A stretch of 45,854 bases of DNA, counting the filler, from Sphacelaria rigidula (lineage: Eukaryota), in NCBI GenBank assembly GCA_964200075.2. It is 2 parts of 2 records of this genome, joined end to end, with 100 filler letters (N's around TTAATTAATTAA, not from the genome) between each part and the next. Parts side by side here need not be neighbours in the genome. Positions count along the whole stretch, not along the records: positions 22,982 to 45,854 come from CAXNAA020000304.1; 1 more part is not named here. One strand, given 5' to 3'. A program made the translations under genes and the position numbers. The notes beneath the pieces were generated by a model, which saw nothing but the letters and a program-made list of their open reading frames with translations, was not told where the DNA came from and did no database searches. Below, piece by piece: positions 25,122 through 36,900 of this stretch. Positions within the stretch are counted from its first letter, which is position 1. Every line of letters begins with the position of its first letter.

Positions 25122-26034
25122 CTGTGGGAGGAGGAGGTTGTGAGGTATGAAGCAAACGAAAAGATGAAAACATTCACACGCATTTACAAGCACAAAAACC
25201 CGCCACCCCCCAAAAAGCACCATCTGTACGCACGTTAGCAGTCAGAGCGAGTTGCTGTAGATTTTGGGGGAGGGGGGGGGGGCGACTCGAGTGTGACACA
25301 AAACAAGAAAAAAAGCGAAAAAGTGACTTCCATGATACTGCGAGTACTTGAAGTCGCACATGCTTGTCGCACATGCTTGTATTCCACTCAACACAAAACA
25401 GAAAAAAAGAAAAATATATGCGGAGTGGAATTTCCCCCGGCTCATCGACATGTGCAGTAAGTAGTACATGAACCTTGTGTTCCACAAATATTAGTGGTGC
25501 CCGCCCTCTCCATAGTGGTAGACTCGTGTTTTCCGAAAAACATGGAAATCAACCACCTCAGGTTATCTTGCTAAGCCCGGATGATTCAACAAACATGCAT
25601 GCTATACGAACGAAGTCTACTGCTCGTACATACATTCCAGCACCCCCTACCCCAAGATGATGATTTGTTACTAGTACTGCAGAGTATTATTTCCACACAT
25701 TAGCCCCATCCCTCAGACCCGTGGTCCCTCGATGATACGTCAAGTACCCCCTTCATGGTAGATTGAGTTAAGCATAACTGGCGTAGAGGAGAATCTGCGA
25801 CAGTTGAAGAGTACCTACCCATCATCACCTCCACTTTTGCATCCCACTTGCGTGTTTCTACACGCTTCTTGCGTGTAAAAACAATGCAGATTTTTTTTCT
25901 CGTGTCATGGAGCTACCAGGGAGCTCTCTGTCCCAGATCATCAATGAATGTGCTGACTCCAACGCTATCCACAATACTGTAACCACGATATAATTTCGAA
26001 TACCTGCATTTCATCTCCGCCGATAGGAATAAAC

Positions 26035-26651
26035 CAAGGGTAGGTCGAGTAGAGTATGTACTTTTGAGTACTCGAGTAAAATACCCAAATATTTACTCTA
26101 CTCGACGTTTGAGTAGGTCGAGTACGGCCTCAAATACTCCACTCAAATTTTGAGTAGGCCGAGTACGGCCTCAAATACTCTCCTCAAATTTTGAGTAGGC
26201 TGAGTACGGCCTCAAATACTCCACTCAAATATTGAGTAAGCACTCTCAGTAATACTTGAGTATAGAGTATCACTCGAGTATGACCTCAAGACTCTACTCA
26301 AATTTTGAGTAGGTCGAGCACGGTCTCAAATACTATACTCAAATGTTTAGTAGATTGAGTATGGTCTTATATACTCTACTCAAATTTTGAGTAGGTTGAG
26401 TATGGTCTCAAATGCTATACTCAAATATTGAGTGAGCACTCTCAGCAATACTTGAGTATAGAGTATCACTTGAGTATGACCTCAATACTCTACTCAAATT
26501 TCGAATAGACTGAGTATGATCTCAAATACTCTACTCGAATAATTGAGTAGGTTGAGTACGACCTCAAATACTCTACTCAAACTTCGAGTACTGAAAGTAT
26601 GACTCTTCAAAAATACTGTGTATTGAGTATACTCTACTCGACCCATCCTTG
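26035..26651. mobile_element. hAT-like MITE with internal ~39-40 bp GAGTA/TACTC tandem subrepeats
   Basis: TIRs CAAGGGTAGGTCGAGTAGAGTAT ... ATACTCTACTCGACCCATCCTTG. Perfect 8-bp TSD GAATAAAC at 26027-34 and 26652-59. Confidence 0.88.
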
Positions 26652-27495
26652 GAATAAACGACTTGAAACAGAAATTATAGGTAACTTGATATTAGAAAAA
26701 AACGATAAGTTCTTCATAGGATGCGTTGTCACCAATAAATGTATACGGGACTCGTCCGGGACTACAAGCTTCCTAATGCAGCGATGTACCGGACATGGAA
26801 TATCGGCAAATATATCTCGTCGTGCATCAGTGCTCTCCATAAGTCCGTCGCCAATTATATATATCGGAGGATATTCGAAGCGACGCGAAATGATCCATGA
26901 AACAGGGGGTTTAGATTTGCGCCCGTTCTCATCCTCATAGCCGAAGAATGGGTACAGGTATGCAGGTAAAGCGGGAGACCCAGCACAGTGCGGTTCTCTT
27001 AAGTGTGGAACTCAAAGACAGGGCGGCCAAAACCGCTTGTCACACGTCCTGCCCGCTATAGTAATACCAAGTAACTGCACTATAATATAACACCTGTATG
27101 GTATGGCGGGGTCCCAGTATAGTGCGGTGATGTCGAGCTGGAACTCATCGCGCCATACTGGAAAACGAAGAATTTCGGGTACAGGTCGCAGCTGTCTCGC
27201 CGCGGACGGGATTTAGTCAAGTCGAAGGTAAGTACTACAGCATGGCTTCTGCGAGAATCCTCATGATGATAGATTATGATGTGCGCATGATGGTCGTGCT
27301 GTTGGAAGCTGTAAAATTGAAAATTATGAAAAAATGATTGTCTACTTGATTGATCGATTGATCGTCGTACATTACTTGATCCTCCCGCGATCCGGCCGAG
27401 GTCGCATGATAGACATACCCAAGATACAACAAAACGGAATCGCTCGATAGAGGGAAGTGAAAACAACCGGAAAGTCGAAAAAAAAAGTGGGGATT

Positions 27496-27566
<71 letters not shown>
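27496..27566 (+). repeat. (GTA)n microsatellite, about 23 units
   Basis: Direct reading. Confidence 0.97.
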
Positions 27567-27567
<1 letters not shown>

Positions 27568-27662
27568 CAGAGAAGAAAGAGAAGAACAGGGAAAACGTTA
27601 ATAGAGCCCCCCCATCCCCAACGTTTGGAAAATGGCTAGCGTTGCGTAAAATGGAAAATAAC

Positions 27663-27830
27663 CTTGACAAGGGTGATCTTGTCCTCGACATCGTCGAAGC
27701 CCCCCTTGGCGGTGGCCCCCTCGAAGAACAGTGCGGGAGCGGCGAGGATGATGGCAGACAGGATGGTGAGCACCGCGTACGTGTTGGAGGCGTCCATGTT
27801 TTTCGTCGCTTTGTATTCCGCAGTCATGAC
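27663..27830 (-). CDS. TPT: TPT exon 6 (VMTAEYKATKNMDASNTYAVLTILSAIILAAPALFFEG...ITLVK)
   Basis: CCCCAG| acceptor, AAG|GTTATT donor. NMDxxNxYAxLT and P....EG motifs. Confidence 0.92.
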
Positions 27831-28040
27831 CTGGGGGGGAAGGGGGATTCGAAGGGAGGAACGAATGAATGATTTCGCAAAGGTACGTAGTTCATGTCCT
27901 TATCTTTATTTTGCTTTACCGCCGTCCTTTTCCACGAGGCCGCTTTTTCTGGCACACAAAAACCGCCATATGAAGTATTTCTCACCATATCTTGTCCACA
28001 ATGTTTGCAGGACCACTTATTAGACCAATTCTTATGGGTC

Positions 28041-28822
28041 TGGAAATGAAAATCCTCTTGAAAGCTGCCTCTTGGGCCCTTCTTCGTCGTTTTACGCCCG
28101 AAAAGAGGGCTAGGCGGATGTTGACACATTGGAATGACTTCCTCTACTCGTTGAGACCGTCTCAGGGCAACCTTGCGTTTCCCGCTGGCCGCCGTTTTAT
28201 TTATTGCCAAACTTGCATTTTCGGTAGCAAACGGTCCAGTGATCAAAATCTGGTCAGTATTTTGATTCACTCGATCGTCTGTTGTAAAAAACGCACGTTT
28301 GGCTAAAAATGAAACTGCGGCCAGCGGGGAACGCAAAGTTGCCCCGGAACGGTCTCAACAAGTAGAGTTCGTCATTCCAACGTGTCGACATCAGCCTAGC
28401 CCTCTTCTCGGGCGCGAAACGACGGAGACGGGTCCAAAAGGCAGATTTTAGCAGGATATCCCCACAAAAGGATGAAAACCCGTAGAATTCAAATCTTCGT
28501 ATCCACACCAAATCTTCGAAGTATGCCTCCATTTCTTCACTTGCTAGTAGCTATTGACAACTGCTACAAGCCATATAAATTTGGATTTTGATAACCGAAA
28601 TGACGGGGTTCTAGATCAAACAACATTTTTGGCGTCCGATCGGACACCTTAAATCCCCCAAATTTGGTTTTTCACCTTAGACCCCAACATTTCGGTCATC
28701 GAAATCCAAATTTGTACGGCGTGTAGTAGTTGTCAATAGCCACCAGCAAGTGAAGAAACGGAAACATATTTCGAAGATTTGGTGTGGATACGAAAAAAAA
28801 AATCTCCGGGTTTTCATTCCCA
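28041..28822. repeat. Two consecutive long inverted repeats (about 28051-28459 and 28471-28818)
   Basis: Arms of about 200 bp and 140 bp are imperfect reverse complements, e.g. CTTCGTATCCACACCAAATCTTCGAA vs TTCGAAGATTTGGTGTGGATACGAA. Confidence 0.85.
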
Positions 28823-29570
28823 ATAAAATATTTATCCCCAACTGATAAAATCCCGTGTTTTTGGCATGCATCCACCAAAAAAATGGAAGCCGTTGCCGGA
28901 AAACAGGCCGTTGCATCAACTGTCGTATGATTTCTCGCAGCTGGTGAGGGCTCGATTGTATCGATGCCGTCTGAAGGCACCGACGACTGTGTATGTAGCA
29001 GCTGCTCGCCATCGATAGGTGTTACCATACTGCACTATAATGCTGTACCGGAAAATATGTATGAAGATGAGTATGTATGTAGAGCTATAAGTATAGCTCT
29101 TGCGAAACGCAAACACAGAAATACTCCTCAGTGTGGCCATACTCCGTAGATGCGTGTGTATTTATGTGTATGTATGTCTGTATGTACGTACGTATGTACG
29201 TATGTACGTATGTACGTACGTACGCATGTACGTACGTACGTGTAAAAATATGTATGTGTGAATCTTCGGCCGTGGCCAGAGACGAATGATATGCTCGTCC
29301 TTGACACGGGAGAAACGCAGCGTGCACGAACAAACATGCAGTCGCCAAATAAACACCCAAAAATAACTACAGTACCACCAGTTTTTACACTTCCAAAAAT
29401 CATCGTCCAAAAACTCGAGGCACCGCCTGTCCTGTCAGGGGACGAAATATCAGAACAGAAAATGCGTGGGCATTCATTCCCACGATTCAAAGGTATGGTA
29501 CGATGCAAGTATGACCACGGAATGAGGAGTAATGAAGCCCAAGACCATTATAAATCAAGGGTCGGGCTAA

Positions 29571-29808
29571 TTAATTATTCGTCTCGAAATTACTTGATTT
29601 CAGTGTAGTTGATTCGTACCGTACGAATCAACCCTTCAGCTTTGTTTTCGGCACTGCAACCCAGGTACGCGCGGCCCAGGGACGTGGAATGCCGCAAAAA
29701 TTGTGTGGAGACCTTTTTGACCAGCGGTCAACTTTTTTTTCCCTCTTCCGAGCAACCAAGCCTGAAAAATGGTAGATTTGGTGATTCGAATCGGCGATGA
29801 TTCGTCCG
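29571..29808 (-). repeat. Dispersed repeat; partner at 13567-13804
   Basis: Reverse-complement match to 13567-13804. Confidence 0.85.
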
Positions 29809-29934
29809 TACTGTGTATTATGTGACACCTCAGAGCACACAAAACACAGTATGGCACTTGAGACGTTAGTGCGTGAGCCACTCCTGCTAGTAGCAAGTAC
29901 TGCTGTATAGAACTGACTGCGTACAGAACAGCAC

Positions 29935-30027
29935 CTTCTTGGAGAGCATGCCCCGGATGGCGAAGAAGACGTTGGAAGTCATGGCGTACGCCGAAGCTAA
30001 ACCCAGGAGCTGGGAGAGGTCTAGGCC
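29935..30027 (-). CDS. TPT: TPT exon 5 (GLDLSQLLGLASAYAMTSNVFFAIRGMLSKK)
   Basis: TTGCAG| acceptor, AAG|GTGCTG donor. AMxSNxxFxxRxxxSKK motif. Confidence 0.92.
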
Positions 30028-31353
30028 CTGCAAGCGCAGCAGCAGCAGCAGCAGCAGTAACAACAACAACGTATATATAGAGAGCGCGTTTCGGACGTTC
30101 ACAAGACTGGCGTCCAGAATAAATGGGATGACAACACATACACACAAGTTTCCGATGTTCCAGTCCCCTGGACAACGTTAAGGAGAGGCCATTCCCCACG
30201 TTTGGCTACAAAAGTAGACGCTCCCTTCCGGACCTCCAACTTGTGTGCGCTCCGCACCGCCGCAGTACATCCACGAACCAGGCTTCCCAACCATAGTAGA
30301 GCAACAACACAGCGCCCGCGACACTGCAGCCAAGCTTCCTGTGGGACCAGAGTGTTCCCTCACGAATCGTTCTTCATTTATTTTATCTTTTGTCACTGTC
30401 GGTAACATTGGTCATCATCCTGGTCTCTACCCTCATCCTTGCCAAAATGCCGCATCAATGGTCCTTCTCCATATGCTACTGTATGCTCCCAACAATCGTG
30501 TTGACGGGCACATATATAATAGCAGTATATACAGACAGACTTGCTCCACTCGCGCAAAATACAGACAGCACCACTCACTCATCCATCGTTGTCATCATCC
30601 AAAAAGCGAGCAGAATTCAAATCATCATCCACCGGCACTGGTAGTTAGTGATGAAGATATTACATAAACAACCGCTTTATTTGCGTTTCATACGCTTCCC
30701 GCAATTTTCTTTGATGCAGAGTCACCGGGAGAGAGATGGGTAGATCCCTCGAGATAATACGGACTCATCCCGAGAACGATTGGGCTTGAAATAAGGATCA
30801 CCAAACACAGGGGAAGAAATAAGTAGTTTCTCGTCACGGTCACAATATCTTCACCACCGCTAGAGTCATCATGCAGCTAGTAGCCGTCACAGCAGCGAGA
30901 ACCCCATCAACATCATCAACAATCAAAATATGAATAGTGCTATCGGTCGTGCCCCGGGGGTCGATTTTTGTCATCACTGGTACAGTAGGGGCGGGGCAGC
31001 CTCGGCGGGTTCGACCCCACGCAAAAGAGAATCCCTCACTACTCTTTTTTCTTGTGGCTTCTTGCTCCCACCATCAGAAACCATCAGATAACCTGGGTAT
31101 CGGAGGTGGAAACCATCCAAACAAACTCTGCGACAATGAGCTGCGAGCGTACTGATCCAACGCTCGACGACGATGAACGGCAAAGCAAGTGTCACAGGTG
31201 GGGGAGGGATGGGTTGAATCCTCGCGAATACCGACCCGTCCCTACAAGAGAGGAGAGGATCGATGCTGTACCGGGGGGGGGGGGGATTAATGACACCCAA
31301 AATTCAAACGTGAGGAAGTAAAACCACAACACACGCCAACACGCTGATCGTAC

Positions 31354-31425
31354 CTGTCCGGGTTTCATGGCCGCGTAAGCGACACCTCCGACGATGGGCA
31401 GCAAGAACACATTCACGGTCATTGG
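31354..31425 (-). CDS. TPT: TPT exon 4 (PMTVNVFLLPIVGGVAYAAMKPGQ)
   Basis: ATCAG| acceptor, CAG|GTACGA donor, 72 nt. LLPIVGGV motif. Confidence 0.9.
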
Positions 31426-31865
31426 CTGATGGTTCCGCCGCCGCCGTCACCCCGCCCCGCCCGGTCGACGAAACGCAAAGAGAAAAAACGACGAAAAGTC
31501 CACCACGGCAAAACAACGCATCAACAGGAAGGAGGGAACGAATTGCGCTTGTGTGAATATGAGAGGCACAGGCGACACAATCCGCAAGTTTGGTCAGCGA
31601 TGTTTGGCCACTTTGTCCATGCTGCAGTGCTTGCGGGATCCCTGGTCGGCACTGCGATTACTATTCCCAATCCGGGGGGAGATGGGTAGATCCCTCGAGA
31701 TAATACGGACTCATCCCAAGGAACGGGAGGGGTTCAAAGTGCGGCAAACTAAAGATGAAGTAATAAAAATAAAATCTAACTTCAAATTCGGGTGCTGCAC
31801 TGCGATTACTATTTCCATTTCCACTTCTAACTCGGGTCCTGCACTGCGCGATTACTACACTACTT

Positions 31866-33600
31866 TGTTTAATATAGCTCAACTACGAACGTAAGCCACC
31901 ATGTGTCAGCGGGGAAATTGCGGGGTATCCAATTACCCCAGGAATGTTATTCAGAAGGTTCCTTGTGGCTGAGGAACGGCAAATTGTTCCGAGTCCCTAA
32001 ATTTGGGAACTGTGTGCTTATCTAGTTGCGGCTCATGCGCCGACAGGAGATTTCGGATCGTGGGCAGTCGAGACAGTGGTGCTTCACGCCCTCCTCTCTC
32101 ACTCGTTTCCCTCACCTCTCTTAAACCAATTTCATCTATGTGGATGTGGGTCTGAGTTATGCGAACCCAACATGCCTCACGGTTCTACATAAAACCAGTC
32201 AGACCCACGGGTCCTGTCCATGGGAAACTTCCAGCCACGAGGAACGTTCCTCGGGTGATGGCTAGCCCGCTCAAGGAGACTGTCGAACTATCCACGTGCC
32301 TTGGGAGCCACGGAGCAATGTGTACGCAACGAGCTCAAAGCCAACACACATGACACCATCAAGCACATTCTGTGAGCTTGACTGTACACCACACATTCTG
32401 TGAGCTGGGAGTCATGCCGCGATGCCCCCCCCCCACACACACAAATCAGCCCCAAAACTGCTGGGAAAAAATGCACATATAGCGCATGGGTGACGGCTCG
32501 TTTCAGACTGCATGATGATGAAGCGCCTCATATGGGCGATATCGGCGACAACGATCTCAAGCGCGCGAGTTCCCGGCTGCTTTATTTGCTCGGCTTTTGT
32601 CGTTTTGATTTACATGTACATTTCGCCTCCTCAAACCAGCCTTTACTCTGGAGGGGGCTATCGCAGCTCATCACTCCTTGACTGGTTTGCCGTCTGTCTC
32701 TTGTCCGAGACGTGGTGCGAGCCAACCCCACTCGGCCCACGTCTCTCACTCTCCTCCTTCGCCCCCTTTTGGGATCTTCACTGTTAACTCTCCTGAGCAT
32801 TGATTGTCCTGTCCTCAACGCATGGTCATAGCTTAATCGACAGAGCGCCTTGCTGTCCCAAAGAGGCGAGGGCTCACAGCTGTCCGGCGGTATCCTACTG
32901 TTGTGTAGGAACCATATTGGCATCAGCGGAAGGAGACAGGCTTTGACACGACACTAGTACTGGTATCAATTAGATATTTATTTGCCCTACTTAAAGGTGT
33001 GGTCATCAGGGCGACACCTCAGTCCCGCAGCGGTTCACCCGGTTGCCTCGAGTCCAATAGCTTGTTGAGGTCCCGTTGCATTTTTGCCACAGTTGGCTGG
33101 AGCGTTTGGCTTGAGGAGACCAGCGTCGGGTTTGCACAGACGATGGCGGCGTCCAGGTCTTGACCAGAGGTGTTGTCATCCCGGATAATAGATGGTGTAG
33201 GTGAATCGTCTTCTCCTTCCCGCCGTCGCGGGGGTCGTTGCGGGTGCCGTCGCGGGGAAGAAAAAATAGACGATTCACCTACACCATCTGTTATCCGGGA
33301 CGACAACACTTCTGCTCAAGATCTGGACGTCGCCATCGCCCGTGCAAACCCGACACTGGACTCCCCCCGCCAAACGCTTCAGCCAACTATGGGGCAAATG
33401 CAACGGACCCTTACCCAGCTATGGGACTCGTTTTATGACGGTCACGGTGACAGCGTGACTATCGACACTGCTACTGATGTGCCTGTAGATACTAATAGTA
33501 GTCAAGACCCAAGACACATCTCCTTCAAGGTCTGACTTAATGCAGGAGGGCAGTAATCTGCTTTGGCACACAGCGCAGGGCTTCTGTTGCTACACCGTCA
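31866..33600 (+). repeat. 5' LTR of the copia element, interrupted by a ~1.34-kb insertion (about 32145-33484)
   Basis: Begins TG and ends ACACCGTCA. 31866-32144 and 33485-33600 align colinearly with 40158-40547 (roughly 75-80% by eye). Confidence 0.75.
32145..33484 (+). mobile_element. Insertion nested in the 5' LTR: probable fragment of a second LTR element (LTR-like 32145-32916, PBS-like TGGCATCAGCGG at 32918, inverted gag-like duplication)
   Basis: Absent from the 3' LTR. Starts TGTGG, has CCATA at 32912-16 followed by a TGG-initiated motif, and is flanked by GTGGA/GTAGA. Confidence 0.5.
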
Positions 33601-33949
33601 CCGGACAGACACGATCACATAAATACGTGAGCATTTCAGTTCGAACCTTACTCGTCGTTCTGAGATGGTGGATCAAGACGGTGTAGTCGAAGATTTGAAG
33701 GCGCTTCTCGAGGCACAGACAAGGATCTTTGGAGAAGGATTGTCGCGTATCGAGGCTACTCGAGACTGGCGAACAAGCAGGGGAAAGCATCGGTGAAGGT
33801 CAGCCCCAATATCCTGATGGTGCTAGGGCCGGAGGGCGGGCAGGGTCTGCTTCCGGTCGTAGAGGTGGAGTCAGCGTCGATAGCCTTCTGCCAGCTGTCG
33901 GTGAGGTTCGAAATGCGCGAGGTACCGATCTTACAATTGGATCTAGGTA

Positions 33950-36900
33950 CACGAGCAGCATCAAAACTGCTGTCCCCAAGCTCGCAAGTAGTGTTGATTT
34001 CCCACTATGGAATAGACGAGAAGTACTGACATGCCCGTAGGTGATCTCTCTGCTACTTCCCGATTTTTGTCTTCTCAAGGTCGTACTGAGACAAGCAGAA
34101 GATGAGCACGTATTGCTTGGACGTGTTTGACGGAGAGCATGACGGACCGTGAGTTATCGAGTAGGGTATTTGACGCAATCTCCCCCAGTGCACGTTGGCG
34201 CTTCTGACGCAATTGGTTCTTACCGAGAACTTTCTCCGAAAAGTCGAAGTCGAAACGCCTTTTCAACGAGTTACAGACGGAGAGAAGGAAAGTCCGATCC
34301 GATTAAGTTCTTCGCACGCGTAAACGGGAGTGTCAGTGTACTAGTATCGTTGGGGGTACATATGCCTGTAGAGGATATCAACCCCAAGATAGTAAAGGTA
34401 CTCACAACCGACTACGAGTACAAGCAGCGTACGGTCATATATAGCGATGGTATTACCCGAGCGGTGATAGAGGCTACGGTAAGACGGAGATACACCCCCA
34501 TGTCTTGGAATGGTACGAAGAACCGTAGCGTAGGCTAAACAATCGTGACGAGCGAACCACCCGCCGAAATCGCAGTCAAGATGGCGCTAAAGGTGGTAGA
34601 GGTGTTCGCAGTGGTACTAAAGCCTACAAGAACGACCAAAAGAGCAGTACGAGAAACGTAGGTAAGGAGTCCGACGACATGCGAAGCAAGTGTCAGCTTG
34701 CTTAGAGCCACGACATCGACGGTTCGACTGTACAGCACATGTAATCCCAGCTGCGAAGAAATCACAGAGCGGCTGTGGTAATATCATAGCGTGTTTATCG
34801 ATATTGGTATGCAAAGTAAGAGGGATGCGGTACGAGAGCGCGATAAAAGTAAGGATGATACTGAAAGGTGGAGAGTTGGTAGTGTTGCAACCTTTCATAT
34901 GACCACGTCAGCTGACTTGCTCCGTGACGTGCAACCATCCAAGGAGAAGGTTAATACTGATAGTAACACCTTAATCGACGTTGAGGGTTATGGGTCGTTG
35001 ACCCAACAAGGCAGGGGGGGGGGGGCAGTAAGGTTTGATAAGGTCGCACACGTACCTGATTTGGCTTTCAACCGTCTTCATTAGCGGCTGCGCACACACG
35101 AGGAGCAGGTTTTACGACTGAAGACTCGGATATGAGTATGACCACTGCATAGACGTCTTAGATTTTGGAGTTATGGATTTGGATACCCAATGTAATGTAG
35201 GAGGGTTGAGTCTGATGACGAGTACATCCCCTTTCCCTGTTGGTTCACGAGTCCGTCGAGAATTTAGTGCTGCAACCTGACCACCCTGCTCACCTGGTGT
35301 TCCCTGTGATAGCCCCCGGTAGTGTTGACTCACGTGAGGCTGCCGTAGACATCAACGTTTTCCACTGCGTGCAGGAACATGCCAACGAGTTTCTGTTGAG
35401 AAAGACGACCAAATCGCTAGGTATAGACTTACTGGGTGACTTGAGACCGTGTACAGAATGCTCCATGGCAAAGGGGTATCGGACGCCGATTGCCAGCAGC
35501 ACCAAATCTCGTGCTTCATAGGAGCTAGGAAGAGTTTCTGTTGATCTCAGTGGTCCTAAGAGGACTCGTTCATTGCTAGGGAATGAGTATGTGATGATCG
35601 TGAACGACGACATTACCCAGTACGCATGCGTATACTTTTTCGAGCCCAAGTTCGATAACGATGAAGCCTCCCGGAATATTTTGGCTGATATACGTGCGGA
35701 TGGTGTACCTTTGGAAGTAATAATAGTTAGGTCTGACGACGAAGGAGAGTTTTTTTTGTATTGATTTTGGGGGCGTATGTAAGCACTTCTGTACAAGGCA
35801 GGAATTCACCCGCGCGAAGTGTCCGGAACTGAGCAGCTTTCCCGAGAGAGCTCTAGGTATCATTCGAAACGCCGCACTTGCCGCTCGCATCCAAGCCCCC
35901 ATCTTCTTTCCGCATGTCGAGCTACCACTCAAGACCCTCTGGGCTGAGGCAATATACTGGGCGTGTGACGCTCTGAATCACACCGCGACGAAGTCCAACC
36001 CAGGTAACAAGTCGCCGTACGAGATGTGGCACGTGAAGGCAGCGCCTGCATCACCGCACCCGTTTCTTCGCCCGGGTTACTGTCGCTGGAACCGCTCGTA
36101 AAAGCCATCTGCCAAGTGCGAGAGTATCTTCTACCTCGGGCCCGGCATCGACCACCTCCGGGACTTATTGCGGATGCTGACGCGGGCGAACAAAGTAGTG
36201 GAGATAAGAGACGTCACCTGGGAGGCGCCACCGGTCATGGTGGTACCGCCGGTACAAGTGCAGCAGCCAGCTTCACCAAAGCTGACGGGGGTGTAGCAGC
36301 TGGGGGGAATGTCACAGCCGGGAGGGACTTCTGAGCTGGGAGAGACTCCAGAGCCGGGAGTACTAGATGATTTCGATTCTGCCCCACCGACTTCATTACC
36401 GCTACTGGGGAGAGGAATCCTCATCAGCGTCGAGTGCAAACTCCGGCGTAAGAGTACAGAACATGGTGGTGAAGGTGAGCGAGGTTCCCTTAGCGATGAA
36501 GATCAGCCAGCCCCTGATATCACAGCTGCTTCTTCAGATGTTTCTTTGCCTTTGGTGAGTAGTGAACCATCTGTCGACGGCAACCTCTCAGTCAAGGGGA
36601 GCGATTCGTCCCCACCGGACGAAAGTGATCCAGTTCCAACGTCAGTGCAGATAGAGGCACGGCAACTCGAATCACATCTGATTGTATCTGGAAATGGCGA
36701 GGAGCTTCGGCGAACTAGAGCGCAGACTCGAGCGCTCGATCAAGAAGCGACTGGTCTTGGGACTGTGTTAGGACCCGATGAAGGGGGCAAAATAGTCCAC
36801 GGGCTGCTGGCGGTACAGGGTGTTACCCGTAAGCCGGGCGAGCTCCCAAAAAGTCTTGTCCGGTGAGCGGGGCCGGAGCCGTTGTCGTATCCTGCAGCAT

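Noticed and set aside
26035..26651. CRISPR-like array of ~40-bp periodic palindromic repeats
   Set aside because: No unique spacers, degenerate contiguous units, bounded by TIRs and an 8-bp TSD, eukaryotic intron, no cas genes.
27080..27691. 203-aa poly-Leu ORF and the overlapping poly-Val ORF
   Set aside because: Read-through of the (GTA)n microsatellite in TPT intron 6.
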